NCBI GenBank assembly: GCA_963828525.1
Contig: CAWHEP010000004.1
Span: 32,001-96,000, forward strand
Length of the DNA stretch: 64,000 nt
Direction: 5' to 3'
Source of the DNA: an uncultured Verrucomicrobiae bacterium
GTDB lineage: Bacteria; Verrucomicrobiota; Verrucomicrobiia; Chthoniobacterales; Chthoniobacteraceae
Below the pieces are notes generated by a model. The model did not search any database. It was given only the letters and a program-made list of their open reading frames with translations, and had not been told where the DNA came from. Positions 29,653-40,294 of this stretch are shown piece by piece. The translations under genes and the position numbers were made by a program. Position 1 is the stretch's first letter; each line of letters opens with the position of its first letter.

Positions 29653-30750
29653 ATGAAAGTTGGCCTCGTGAGAAGAGGGTATGGCGCGACCGGCGGGGCC
29701 GAGAGCTATCTGAAGCGTTTCGCGAAGGCCCTGGTTGATTCGGGACATACGCCCTTCCTTTTCGCTTCCCGGGAGTGGGCAGGGAACTGGCCCTTCGGCG
29801 GGACATGCATCCTGCCCGGCCAGACGCCTCGCGCCTTCGCGGACGCCTTTGCTGGCTGCGACCGCAGACACGAATGCGACGTCGTTCTCAGCTTGGAGCG
29901 TGTTTGGGGTTGCGACTGCTACAGAGCGGGCGACGGAGTGCATCGAGTCTGGCTGGAGAAGCGCGCCCGCTACGAGCCTGCCTGGAAACCCTGGTTCCGG
30001 CGGCTGCGGAAGACGCACCGCGATCTTCTCGCCCTGGAAGCTACGATGCTGCGGGAGGAAAATACCCCTCTGGTGATCGTCAATTCGGAGATGGTGAAGA
30101 AAGAGATCGCGCAATGTTTCGGCTACCCGCTCGCCCGCATCCATACTGTATACAACGGAGTCCCGGCGCGCGGCGCCCCTTCCGAGGACCGCGCCGCGGT
30201 TCGCGAGCGGCTTGGCCTCACGGACAGCGAGTTCACAATCCTCTTTGCCGGTTCCGGCTGGGAGCGAAAGGGACTTCGCTTTGCGATCAGGGCGATGGAC
30301 GCGCTACACGGTAATGCCGTTCTTGTGGTCGCCGGGAGAGGCGACCCCGGAGCTTTTCCAGCTTCCAGGCGAACCCGCTTTCTCGGACCCGTATCAGACA
30401 TCCGCAACTACCTCGCTGCGGCTGACATCTTTCTCTTGCCCACGCTTTATGACCCGTTTTCCAATGCGTGCCTGGAGGCTCTCGCAGCCGGCCTCCCTGT
30501 GATTACGACCAGCGCCAACGGATTCGCCGAAGTGATCGAGGCTGGCGTAGAGGGAGAAGTTCTTCAGGATCCTTCAGATTCGCGGGCCATGGCAGAGGCC
30601 ATCTGGGGCTGGCGCGATCCGGAACGACGAAACGCGGTTCAGCCTCGGCTGGCGGGCATTGCTCGCGCGCTGACGGTTGAAGCTAACATGAATGCCACGC
30701 TCGCACTGCTTGAGGGATGCCGGGCGTCTCAAGAAGGACGCGCCGTCTGA
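29653..30750 (+). CDS. Glycosyltransferase family 4 (RfaG-like)
   Basis: GGAESY, GSGWERKG and PTLYDPFSNACLEALAAGLPVITT motifs. Confidence 0.93.
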   Translation: MKVGLVRRGYGATGGAESYLKRFAKALVDSGHTPFLFASREWAGNWPFGGTCILPGQTPRAFADAFAGCDRRHECDVVLSLERVWGCDCYRAGDGVHRVWLEKRARYEPAWKPWFRRLRKTHRDLLALEATMLREENTPLVIVNSEMVKKEIAQCFGYPLARIHTVYNGVPARGAPSEDRAAVRERLGLTDSEFTILFAGSGWERKGLRFAIRAMDALHGNAVLVVAGRGDPGAFPASRRTRFLGPVSDIRNYLAAADIFLLPTLYDPFSNACLEALAAGLPVITTSANGFAEVIEAGVEGEVLQDPSDSRAMAEAIWGWRDPERRNAVQPRLAGIARALTVEANMNATLALLEGCRASQEGRAV

Positions 30751-30977
30751 GAAGTGGCGAAGACCGGCTTCCCATCGATCATTGTGGGCGCGAAGGCGAT
30801 CTTCCGCACTGGCTTCGAACGCTGCGCGGCCCCTTCCACGGAGGTATTGGATTTTTGAGGGGAATTACAGTTACGTCCGATTTTCATGGTTCAAAGTTCA
30901 GCAGTATCTGTGCCGATGTCTTTTCCGCAAGACATTGTTGACTTCCCGCTCCCAACGTTAACGGTAGCAGGCGCGAA

Positions 30978-31816
30978 ATGGAGAAGAGACCCAAGATTTT
31001 CATAGCCTACTGCTACCCGGACAAAAAGTGGCAGGAGAGGGTGCAGAGCGCGATCGCATCCCTATGCTGGGAGGACTTCATCGTTTGGGATGAGAGAAAG
31101 CTGCGCGCGGGTTCCGTTTGGCGGACGGACTTCGAGAAAGCCGTTGCCGATAGCAAGCTTGCCGTCCTCTTTGTCAGCGATCTTTTTCTGGATTCGGAAT
31201 TGGTGACTCGGGCGCGTCTGCCCGACATGCTGCGCGAGGCGCACGAAAATGGCAGGCTTCGCCTCTCGTGGATTCTTGTGAGCCACTGTCTATATGACTC
31301 CGCGGCCCTTGATCCCGCTCTTGCCGCAAACGACCTGTCCGAACCGCTGGACGGCGTAAGTGTGTCGCGACGGGAAGCCGTGATCGGAAAAATCGCGGCT
31401 GCGATCAAGGCGCTTGCCGAGGGGAAGATCCCATTGTCGCTGTTCCTCACGAAAGCACGGAGCCCGCGGAGGCGGTCGAAGTCCTGCAGCTCGGCGAGTT
31501 GATTCGCGTCCGCGCCGGAACGGTCGCGCAATTGCGCCGTCTCGTGCGCTGGCTTTTTTCAGGCGCGATTATCACGGCTCTCATTTCGCTGCCTGCCGCT
31601 TTGTGGAGAGGAACTCCTTTTTTACTGCCGCTATTTCTGGGGTTTGGAGTCGTGGTCGCCGCGCTGGCCGCCTCGCTCCGCGCCCGCGCGGATCTGATTG
31701 CCCAGAGCGTCGTCTCTGTGCGTTATATACGGACAGGACTGCGAGATGAGGCGCTCCCGGGGCGTCAGCGCACAGCTTACAAGGAACGCGCGGAGCAACT
31801 CCTGGGCGGCGCCTGA
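30978..31816 (+). CDS. TIR-domain protein with two C-terminal TM helices; probable 1-bp frameshift at the G run 31421-31424
   Basis: KIFIAY, VWDERKLRAGSVW and AVLFVSDLFLDS match bacterial TIR_2. The alternate frame is open from the G run into ORF 31499-31816. Confidence 0.75.
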
Positions 31817-31824
31817 ATAACAAA

Positions 31825-32674
31825 ATGGCCGTGCAACCGACTCTCAATTCCGACCTAGAGCAAGCGATCTACCGCGCCGCCCTCAAGGAAAAGCGACTGC
31901 GCCGCAAAGCGCTCCTTTCCGTGTTTCTGCCAGTCCTTGCCGGTCTTGCCTGGCTGGGTTTCTCCGGTTATCAGGTGGATACCTGGAGAAAGCGGGCAGT
32001 CGACATACAGAAAGAGGGACAGCAGGTCGCGGAACAGCAGCAAGACGCGAAAAATCACGCTGCCGCGGCGGATTCCGCGAAGATCTCCGCGGAGGCCCGC
32101 GCGGATGCCGCTCTCCTACAAAGGAAGGCCGCCAAACAGCAGGCCGATGATTTGCGGCAGCGCCTTGTTAAAGTGCGCCAGGAGGTGGGCGGCCTGGGGG
32201 TGTTGCTTGCCGGGCTGAACTCCGCCCGCGCGAAAGCCGCGAAGCTCAACGCGAGCGAAGCAGTGGAATCTCAGCTCGTTGATATCCGCGGAGCCCTTGC
32301 GACCACCCTCAGCCGGGTTCAGACTCAGATTGATGAGGCGCTCTCAGCGGATGAGATCACCGCGCACATCTATATATTCATTGGAGAGGAACGGCAGCGC
32401 GACGCAGCCGTCGAAACGAAGGCTCAGATAGAGGGCGCTGGCCTCGGAACTGCGACTATCGCCAAGAATGGCTCACGGAAGGTCGATTCCACGGAGGTTT
32501 GCTACTTCCGGGACCCGCAGGATAAAGAGGAGGCGGCGCAAAATCGCTTCTTTTGTGACGAAACAACTCAGGCAAGCTGATGCCCGGGTGACGTTCCTTC
32601 CGGGGGCAGAGTACGGCGGAGGCGCGCGTAATTTCCAGATCTGGCTCTCGCGTTCGCCCCGGAGAAGCGAGTAG
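31825..32674 (+). CDS. Single-TM coiled-coil protein with a LytR_C-like C-terminal domain; frameshift near 32540
   Basis: TM SVFLPVLAGLAWLGF, then an Ala/Gln-rich coil, HIYIFI...TEVCYF..QDKEEAA, continuing to NFQIWL in the shifted frame. Confidence 0.62.
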
Positions 32675-32773
32675 GCCGCCGCAAGCGGTTGCCGGGCGGT
32701 ATTGGTGTGACAGGGTTGGAGAGAAGGACGGATTCACACAACCATCTTCGCGCAGGGATTCGAAAATTACGGT

Positions 32774-33262
32774 ATGAAACTAGAAACACTCCAAGACCTG
32801 TACATACACGAACTAAAGGATCTGTTCAGCGCTGAGAACCAGCTCATCAAGGCGTTGCCGAAGATGGCTAAAGCCGCGTCCAACCCGGATTTGGCGGCGG
32901 GATTCAAGATGCATCTCGAACAGACCAGGGAACACGCCGCCCGCCTCGAGCAGGTGCTCGCCAGTCATCAGCAATCCACCCGTGGCAAAAAGTGCAAAGG
33001 AATGGAAGGTCTCATCGCCGAAGGCGCTGAGATGATCGAGGAAGAGGCTGAGGATGAGGTGCGTGACGCGGGGCTGATCTCTGCCGCTCAGCGAGTTGAG
33101 CATTATGAAATGGCGGGGTATGGCTGCGCAAGAACGTATGCCGAGATCATCGGCGACAAAGAAGGGGCGAAGCTCCTCCAGCAGACGCTTGAAGAAGAAT
33201 CGATGACGGACAAGAAGCTGACCAGCCTCGCGAAGTCGGCCATCAATGTTGGCGCTGCTTAG
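32774..33262 (+). CDS. yciF: Ferritin-like DUF892 (YciE/YciF) stress protein
   Basis: ELKDLFSAENQ, HLEQT, CKGMEGL and AAQRVEHYEMAGYG motifs. Confidence 0.93.
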   Translation: MKLETLQDLYIHELKDLFSAENQLIKALPKMAKAASNPDLAAGFKMHLEQTREHAARLEQVLASHQQSTRGKKCKGMEGLIAEGAEMIEEEAEDEVRDAGLISAAQRVEHYEMAGYGCARTYAEIIGDKEGAKLLQQTLEEESMTDKKLTSLAKSAINVGAA

Positions 33263-33269
33263 CGAATAA

Positions 33270-34313
33270 TCACCCGTGCAAACGCAATAGCCTCGCGACA
33301 TGCGAGGCTTTTTGCTGTACCTGATCCATCCCGCATTGGGAGGGTGCTTTATCAGGGCGCCAGCGGTGCAGGCTGGTTCCGTGTCGGAATCGATCGCCGC
33401 TAAAATGGTCGTAGCAGACCTCCACAACGAAATGCGGTTCCAGAGGCACCCACTCAGCGGACTTTTCAGAAGCCCATCGGCTCGGGCCTCCCGGTGCTCT
33501 TCCCGTAAACCCCGGTGACTTCACAAAAGGGAGCAGCCTGCCAGTGAGAGCAGGCGCTTCCGCCCGCTTTAGAGCAGACGTAAATCCAACGTGGTGCAGC
33601 AACCTCTTATCATCATAGAGACCCAGGAGGAGCGAACCGACGCTGTCCTTGCCTGCCGCATAGCGGAACCCGCCCACCACGCAATCCGCGCTCCTGTAGT
33701 TTTTCACCTTCACCATCCCGGTTCGCTGACCGGCGGCGTATGCAATTCCCGTCTGCTTCGCGATGATCCCATCCAGCGTCGCCCCTGTTTGTCGAAGCCA
33801 CTCTTGCGCTCCTGCCGGGTCGAGGGTCATCGGCGAAAGCGCGATCCGCCCGCCCGCTGGGAAATGATCCTTTGCGAAGGCCTCCAACAGGACGCGCCTC
33901 TCTGAAAGAGGCTCATCTACGATCGTTACGCCGCCCTCGCCAACCAAAAGATCAAAAACGATTAACAGCGCCGGCGTCTCTGCGGAGAGCTTTTTGATTC
34001 TACTGCTCGCGGGATGCACCCGCTGCAAGAGGGCATCGAATGAGAATGACTCGTCTCCATCTGGAACGCATAGTTCTCCGTCTAACACGAACTCCTCCGC
34101 GTCCATCGCGAGCAGTTCGGTGACGACCTCTGGAAAGTATCGCGTGAGAAGCTTGCCAGCTTTCGACTGAAGTTCGACTTTGCCTCCTTCGCGAAACGCG
34201 ACGCAGCGAAATCCATCCCATTTTGGTTCATATTGCCATTGGGAGCCGGCAGGGATCTCGTCGGCGGAAAGGGCCTCCATCGGCAGGAAAGGTATGTGAA
34301 TCGGAAGCGCCAT
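33270..34313 (-). CDS. ATP-dependent DNA ligase (LigC-like)
   Basis: YEPKWDGFR, VLDGE, VFDLL, SLLLGLYD and RFRH...RWRPDK motifs. Confidence 0.93.
   Translation of the reverse strand: MALPIHIPFLPMEALSADEIPAGSQWQYEPKWDGFRCVAFREGGKVELQSKAGKLLTRYFPEVVTELLAMDAEEFVLDGELCVPDGDESFSFDALLQRVHPASSRIKKLSAETPALLIVFDLLVGEGGVTIVDEPLSERRVLLEAFAKDHFPAGGRIALSPMTLDPAGAQEWLRQTGATLDGIIAKQTGIAYAAGQRTGMVKVKNYRSADCVVGGFRYAAGKDSVGSLLLGLYDDKRLLHHVGFTSALKRAEAPALTGRLLPFVKSPGFTGRAPGGPSRWASEKSAEWVPLEPHFVVEVCYDHFSGDRFRHGTSLHRWRPDKAPSQCGMDQVQQKASHVARLLRLHG
33289..33313 (+). terminator. Rho-independent terminator after the DUF892 gene
   Basis: AGCCTCGC-GACAT-GCGAGGCT followed by TTTT. Confidence 0.55.
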
Positions 34314-34393
34314 CAGCCAGAAGCGAATCGCTCAGGCGCATCTTTTTAGCCGCCTCACCGTTCGAGAGTGCCAGTTGGCGCGATTCATTAGAG

Positions 34394-35308
34394 ATGCCAT
34401 CCAAGTCTGAAATCACGATCGAAGGCAAACACCTCATGGTGTCAAACCTGCAGAAGGTGCTGTATCCACGCCATGGCTTCACCAAAGGCGCCATGATTGA
34501 CTACTACATCAATGTCGCTCCAGTCCTTCTTCCTCACCTTCACAACCGCCCCATCACGCTGAAGCGCTACCCGGACGGCGTGGAAGGTTTCTTTTTCTAC
34601 GAGAAGCAGTGCCCGTCCCATCGGCCTTCATGGGTGCAAACCACCACTGTGGCAAGCAGGCGCGAAGCGGGGAAAATTGACTACTGCGTGGTCAATGATC
34701 TGCCCACCCTTGTCTGGGGCGCCAATCTGGCGGACATCGAATTACACACTTTCCTCCATAGGGGACCGAAAATTCAGCGTCCAACCATGATTGCTTTTGA
34801 TCTCGATCCCGGGCCGCCGGCATCAGTTTCGCTTTGTTGTCGTGTCGCGCTCTGGTTGAAGGAATATCTGGATTCGGTAAATCTTGTGGCAGTCCCTAAA
34901 ACCTCGGGATCGAAGGGCCTTCAGATATACGTCCCCCTGAACACCCCTGTCGATTACACCGCGACGAAATCCTTTGCGCATGCTTTGGCTCAGATGCTCG
35001 AAAGGCTGCACCCGGACACCGTGGTGTCCAAAATGGAGAAGAAACTGCGCAGCGGGAAGGTGCTCGTGGACTGGAGCCAGAACGATGAGCACAAGACGAC
35101 AGTTTCGGCGTACTCACTTCGCGCGAAGGAAACGCCGACGGTTTCAACTCCGGTGACGTGGGAGGAGGTGCGTGAGGGTATGGAGGAGAAAAATCCGCTG
35201 GTGTTTGACGCGACCGCAGTTCTCGAAAGGGCGCAAAAGCTCGGTGACCTCTTCGCGCCGGTGCTCACTCTCAAGCAGAAGCTTCCCAAGCTTGCTCCCG
35301 GTCTTTAG
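34394..35308 (+). CDS. Stand-alone LigD polymerase/primase domain
   Basis: RPITLKRYPDG, FDLDP, KTSGSKGLQIY, VDWSQN and AYSLRA motifs. Confidence 0.92.
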   Translation: MPSKSEITIEGKHLMVSNLQKVLYPRHGFTKGAMIDYYINVAPVLLPHLHNRPITLKRYPDGVEGFFFYEKQCPSHRPSWVQTTTVASRREAGKIDYCVVNDLPTLVWGANLADIELHTFLHRGPKIQRPTMIAFDLDPGPPASVSLCCRVALWLKEYLDSVNLVAVPKTSGSKGLQIYVPLNTPVDYTATKSFAHALAQMLERLHPDTVVSKMEKKLRSGKVLVDWSQNDEHKTTVSAYSLRAKETPTVSTPVTWEEVREGMEEKNPLVFDATAVLERAQKLGDLFAPVLTLKQKLPKLAPGL

Positions 35309-35363
35309 CGAACGATAGTCTCCGGCGCGAACGGCCCTCCCTTTGAAGGTCACGCTCCTCAAG

Positions 35364-38300
35364 ATGCAACCTCCGCCCCTCACAGAGAAGTTATTGAGTG
35401 AAGCGGGGGGCTGGCAGGCGATGAAGCAGGCGCGGGCTCTCCTCGACATGGGCCGCGTTACGAGCTTTGCCTATACCCCGCCCGTTCTCACCGGCGTGGT
35501 CCGTGAAGCAGAGACCGATTATCGAGGGGGTCTCAAGATCTCAAGCGCCACCAACGTCGAAAATATCTGCCGGTGTCGCGCTTCACGAGAGTGGGGGACT
35601 ATCTGCGCGCATTCTTTGGCGATCGGGCTCGCGGTCATTCGCGCGAAATCCCCGCCCGCTGCTAAAGCGTCGGCCATGCCGCGGACTCTCGTTGCGGACG
35701 GGCCACTGTTCTCTACGGAGCCGGGGGCTGAGGACGCGCGGCTGTTCGTAGTCCTCCCCCCAAATCTTAAGCAGGGCTGGGAAAGAAACCAGGTAATGGT
35801 CGGGATCGAAGCCGAATGCGGCAACCGAAGAATCCTTGCGCACGCGCTCGCGGCCAGGAAAGTTTATCGCTGTGGCCCGGAAGATCTGCTGCTCGCGCGC
35901 AAGGTCTCCGAGCTGAACGGAGGCAAGCTTACAGGGATGCTCCTGCTGGACCGCGAGGGCTTTCTGACATTCCTGAACACGATCGTGGATCATACCCGGG
36001 TCACGCAGGGGAAGGGGACTGCGGTGAAGATAGCGCGAGAGCCGCTGCGTCCGGGTACCTGATCGCCCATTCCGATGAAGCTGGAGTCCTTCGGCTTCAC
36101 GCGGATTTTCCGCGTGACGCCAGTCTCCTGAGCGCCGGTTCCTTTAATTGGCTATTTGATAAGGCGGTTTTTCAGCAGATTGCCCCGGGCCTTCCCCCGG
36201 CTTACGCGAAACTCCTGGGAGGTGAAGTCATCCTGCAGCCGGTGGAGGCCGCAATCTTTGCCCACCAGGAGCTGCCCGGACTCGCGCGCTTCTTTGAAGT
36301 ACGTAAGGAGGGCGCGCCCCTTCGTGAAATCACCTTTGTCGCAGACGCGCCAAAGTTTACCCTGTCTCTGGAGGGATCCCTGAACTTCCTGACCGCGCGT
36401 TTGCAGGCTGGGTATACCCGCAGGGTGGTTACTCTCGGGCAGACCGACCCGGGGGAGCAGTTTTCGGCGCCGGATCCACTCCAGGGAGGTCGATTTCTCA
36501 CACGAAATCCGAAAGCGGAAACTGATGCTCTCGCCCGGCTGTCGAATGTTGGATTTACCATTTCTCGTGAGCCTGCGGGGGAATTCGTCCTGAAGGGAGA
36601 ACAGCGTGTTCTCAGGTTTCTCGCGGTGGACTTGCCGCAGATGGAGAAGATATGGGAGACATCACTGGGGACTCGCTTCACCCAAATCACGCGTCAGGTG
36701 GAACGCATCACGCCCAACATCGAGTTCACCTCATCCGGAGAAAACTGGTTCGAACTGAACATCAATCTGGCTGCTGAGGGCGGGCAGTCCTTCTCAAGCG
36801 GCGAGATACAGCGCCTCTTGCAGATGGGACAGGGGCATGTCCGGCTCAGAAATGGGAAGATCGGGATCTTTGACTCCGGAATGCTGGATGAGTTGAATAG
36901 CGCGCTTTCCGACTGCTCTCCGCGTCAGGCGCGGCCCGGGACATATCGGATGGACATGGCGCATGCATCCTATCTGGACTCCATCTTCAGCGACGCCGCT
37001 GTGGAGGTAAGTGGCAGGCCACCCTCCTGGTCGAGCGCGGGACGGCAGTTGGATGCGATGGAGCCAATCCCTCTCGGCTCCCTGGAGGAGGTGCTTCGCC
37101 CGTATCAGAAGCTCGGCGTTTACTGGATGAACTTCCTCGCCGCAAACGGGTTTGGCGGCATCCTTGCGGACGAGATGGGCCTTGGGAAAACTCTGCAGGC
37201 GCTCGCGTTTCTGCGTTCGACTACCGGCTCCGCGTTGATCGTTTGCCCCTCTTCGCTCATCGGAAACTGGCGCCGTGAAGCGGAGCGGTTTTGTCCCGAG
37301 CTGTCTGTCGTAGTGCTGGAAGGAGCTGGCCGCCACGCTCTTTTCGATAAGGCGCGAGACTCGCGTCTGGTCATCACAAGTTATCCACTCCTGCGCCGCG
37401 ATGTGGAGAGATATCGCTCCATGGAATTCTCCGCCATCATCCTGGATGAATCGCAGCACATCAAGAATCCAGACACTCAGAATGCCCAGGCTGCAGGGTC
37501 ACTTGTCGCCCGTAATAGGTTTGTTCTTACGGGCACGCCTATGGAAAACTCCGTTCGAGACTTGTGGTCAGTCATGAACTTCCTGATGCCCGGCTATCTC
37601 GGCAGCCGCGCGGACTTCAAGGAAAAATTTGAGATTCCCCTCCAGCAAGAAGCGACCTCCGCGCCGCTCCGGGCGCGTCTGGTCAAACGGCTTCGCCCTT
37701 TTATGCTGCGACGTTTGAAGAAGGACGTCGCGGCGGATTTGCCCGAGAAACTGGAGCAAATATCCTACTGCGAACTCACCGCCGATCAGGCCTCGGTCTA
37801 CCAGGAACTATTGCGGCAGAGTCGAGCGAGGATGGAAGAAGCTTCCTGCGAACAGAACCAGGGTCGCGCGCGGATTATCGCTCTCACTGCTCTGCTCAGA
37901 CTGAGACAGGCCTGCTGCGATCTCCGCCTCCTAAAACTTGACGGTGTCGACCCGGCCACCAGTTCCGCCAAGCTGGAACTCCTGGACGAGCTGCTTCAAG
38001 AGTCGATCGATGGCGGGCACCGGGTCCTGATATTCAGTCAGTTTGTGAGCATGCTTCATCTCATCAAGGAGCGCCTCGCTTCTGCAGGAACTTCTTTTTG
38101 CTATCTGGACGGGGCCACCAAGGATCGTCTCTCTGTCGTGGATAAGTTCCAGACTGATTCCTCCGTTCCCGTTTTTCTGATCAGCCTCAAAGCGGGAGGC
38201 GTGGGATTGAACCTGACGGGCGCTGACACCGTCATTCATTTCGACCCATGGTGGAATCCGGCGGTGGAAGCGCAAGCCACCGACCGGGCGCATCGTATTG

Positions 38301-38470
38301 GCCAGACAAACGTCGTCACATCATACAAACTCATATCTCGCGGCACAGTGGAGGAGAAGATACTTAATCTTCAGCAGAAGAAGCGCGACCTGATTGACGC
38401 GATGGTAGAGAGTGACGAGCCAATGATGGGTGGACTGAGCATGGGTGAAATCCAGACCCTGCTCTCGTAG
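35364..38470 (+). CDS. SWIM zinc finger SNF2 family helicase; frameshift near 36055
   Basis: CRC...CAH SWIM motif; LADEMGLGKT, LDESQ, TGTPMEN and QATDRAHRIGQ. Confidence 0.92.
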
Positions 38471-38477
38471 GTTGGCG

Positions 38478-38825
38478 TCAGGGTTGTCGCGGGATCTGCA
38501 TCAGAGGATCGGTAGCTTTCTCCTCTAGCGGCACTTCGAGCAGTTTCGAAGCGCGCTCCAGCCAGGTTTGAGCTTCTATCTTGGCGGCCGCGAGCCGGCT
38601 CTGGGCCTCTGCCAGGCTCGCGTTGACCGCTTCTGGCACTGCCGGCGTCATCGGATCGGCTGAAACGGTTAACAGTGAATCCCGCAGTGAGCACCCGATT
38701 ATCGTAGTGCCGGCGCCGACCACCTCCTCGAAGTGTTCGAAAATCTCTGGCGTGAGCTCTTCGTCCGTGCGGAACGTGACCGTCTTCTTTCGTTCATCTG
38801 CGGCGACAATGGACTTGATCTTCAT
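38478..38825 (-). CDS. Hypothetical protein
   Basis: Acidic ORF of about 115 aa that fills the gap between neighbouring genes. Confidence 0.55.
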   Translation of the reverse strand: MKIKSIVAADERKKTVTFRTDEELTPEIFEHFEEVVGAGTTIIGCSLRDSLLTVSADPMTPAVPEAVNASLAEAQSRLAAAKIEAQTWLERASKLLEVPLEEKATDPLMQIPRQP

Positions 38826-38918
38826 GGCGTGTGTATACGAGATCGCCTGCAAGCGGGGAAGCGCGTTTGTAAATCGCCTTGTTACAGCGATCCACCTTAA
38901 GATTGCAAACGCCTCGAT

Positions 38919-39753
38919 TTACCTCGCCACCAATGTCACCCCATGATGCGGCACGTCTATCGTGACGTTGAATCGCGACAGTACGCCGGTGCCAAGAAGC
39001 CCGGCCTCCCCGGGGAATATTTCGTGATCGTGGACGGCGATCGGTATGCCTTTCAGGCGCGCGCCCCCCAGCTCCAGATCGGCTTTGCGCAAAAGCTGCG
39101 ACCTTGTGGTAAATGCGATGGACTTGGACGGTGACGAGAAGTGTAATGCCTTATCGGAAACGACTCGCGCCGCGTCGTTGCATCCGGTATCAAGGCGCAT
39201 CCAGCGTTCTCTTGCTCCATCCACCACCACCGGAATGCAGAACGCGCCGTTGGTTTCCCTGATTGGAATTTTGTGAGCCAGCGCCTTTTCTGCCGGGTCT
39301 CCGTCTAGGATGATAAGTTTTCGGGTGAAGTCGATCTCGACCCTGCGACTCCTGAAGAAGTCCGCTCCAATCAGGCCATCAATCGAGCGGCCGCTCGCGC
39401 GGCTGACATTGGAGAGATCGATAGCAAGAACGTTTCCGGAAAATGGGACCTCGCCGCACATCGCGCTGAAATCTTTCACCGGGTAGGCAATCGCTCGCGA
39501 CCCAACACCCATCACCCATTCCGGTCTGCCTGGCTTTGAGCCACACCGCGCCGGCCGTGGCCAAGCTCACGACAGACGAGCCTGCGCCCGAGTCCAGAAC
39601 AAAGGAGAAGTCCTTCCCGTTAGCTCGAACGCTGATCCAGACGAGGCCGTTCTGATACTCGAAAGGAAACACGTCTGATGCCGCGGCCTCTCTGATGAGA
39701 GAAATAGCCAACAACGCAACGGCGGTGATCCGGAAAATACAGCGAAAGCCCAC
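38919..39753 (-). CDS. Secreted aspartyl protease with two retropepsin-like domains; frameshifts near 39520-39545
   Basis: Signal peptide; FVLDSGA...DGLIGADF and MRLDTGC...GLLG motifs. Confidence 0.8.
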
Positions 39754-39921
39754 GCCTCGCGCGAAGCATGAATCAGTCCAAGTAGAGGGATCGTAAGCGT
39801 CCAGCCCGCATTCTTAGGCAATGGGGATTTATCTAAACCATAGGCGACAGCAAAGATGTACAGACAAATGGCGAATTTTGCTCGTTCAGAGCAAAATCCG
39901 CCATGAAGGGAAGCTGAGTTC

Positions 39922-40188
39922 TTACCTTACGCTCTGCACCCCGTGCGCGTTGTCTCGGATGTCAAACCCGTGGACGCGTTGGAAATCGGTCTGCGTGTTG
40001 CAGCAGCTCGCTCCGACGGAGCAGTCCCGCACAGACAGGCCGATCATCGGGTCGGTTTCCCGATAGAGAAACCTTTCAGAGCCGTGCCCTGTGTAGATTG
40101 CCTGCAACGTAGGTTCAGCGATAGCGCTGGCAGCCCCAAAGCTGGCAACCGTAGCTAATGTTAGAATGGCTTGTTTTAGTAGTTTCAT
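39922..40188 (-). CDS. Small secreted Cys-containing protein
   Basis: Signal peptide MKLLKQAILTLATVASFGAASAIA; mature part contains DCSVGASCC. Confidence 0.55.
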   Translation of the reverse strand: MKLLKQAILTLATVASFGAASAIAEPTLQAIYTGHGSERFLYRETDPMIGLSVRDCSVGASCCNTQTDFQRVHGFDIRDNAHGVQSVR

Positions 40189-40294
40189 AAATATCACTTT
40201 CATCTTCATATTCGACGCGCGTCGATTGGATGGATGCAATCAAGGCTGCATCATTTTGTGAACGCCTTTCCCAAGCCGCGCTAAAAAGTGGGCG

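Noticed and set aside
36040..36070. Programmed frameshift separating the SWIM and SNF2 parts
   Set aside because: No slippery heptamer is evident, SWIM-SNF2 fusions are common, and indel errors are frequent in this contig.
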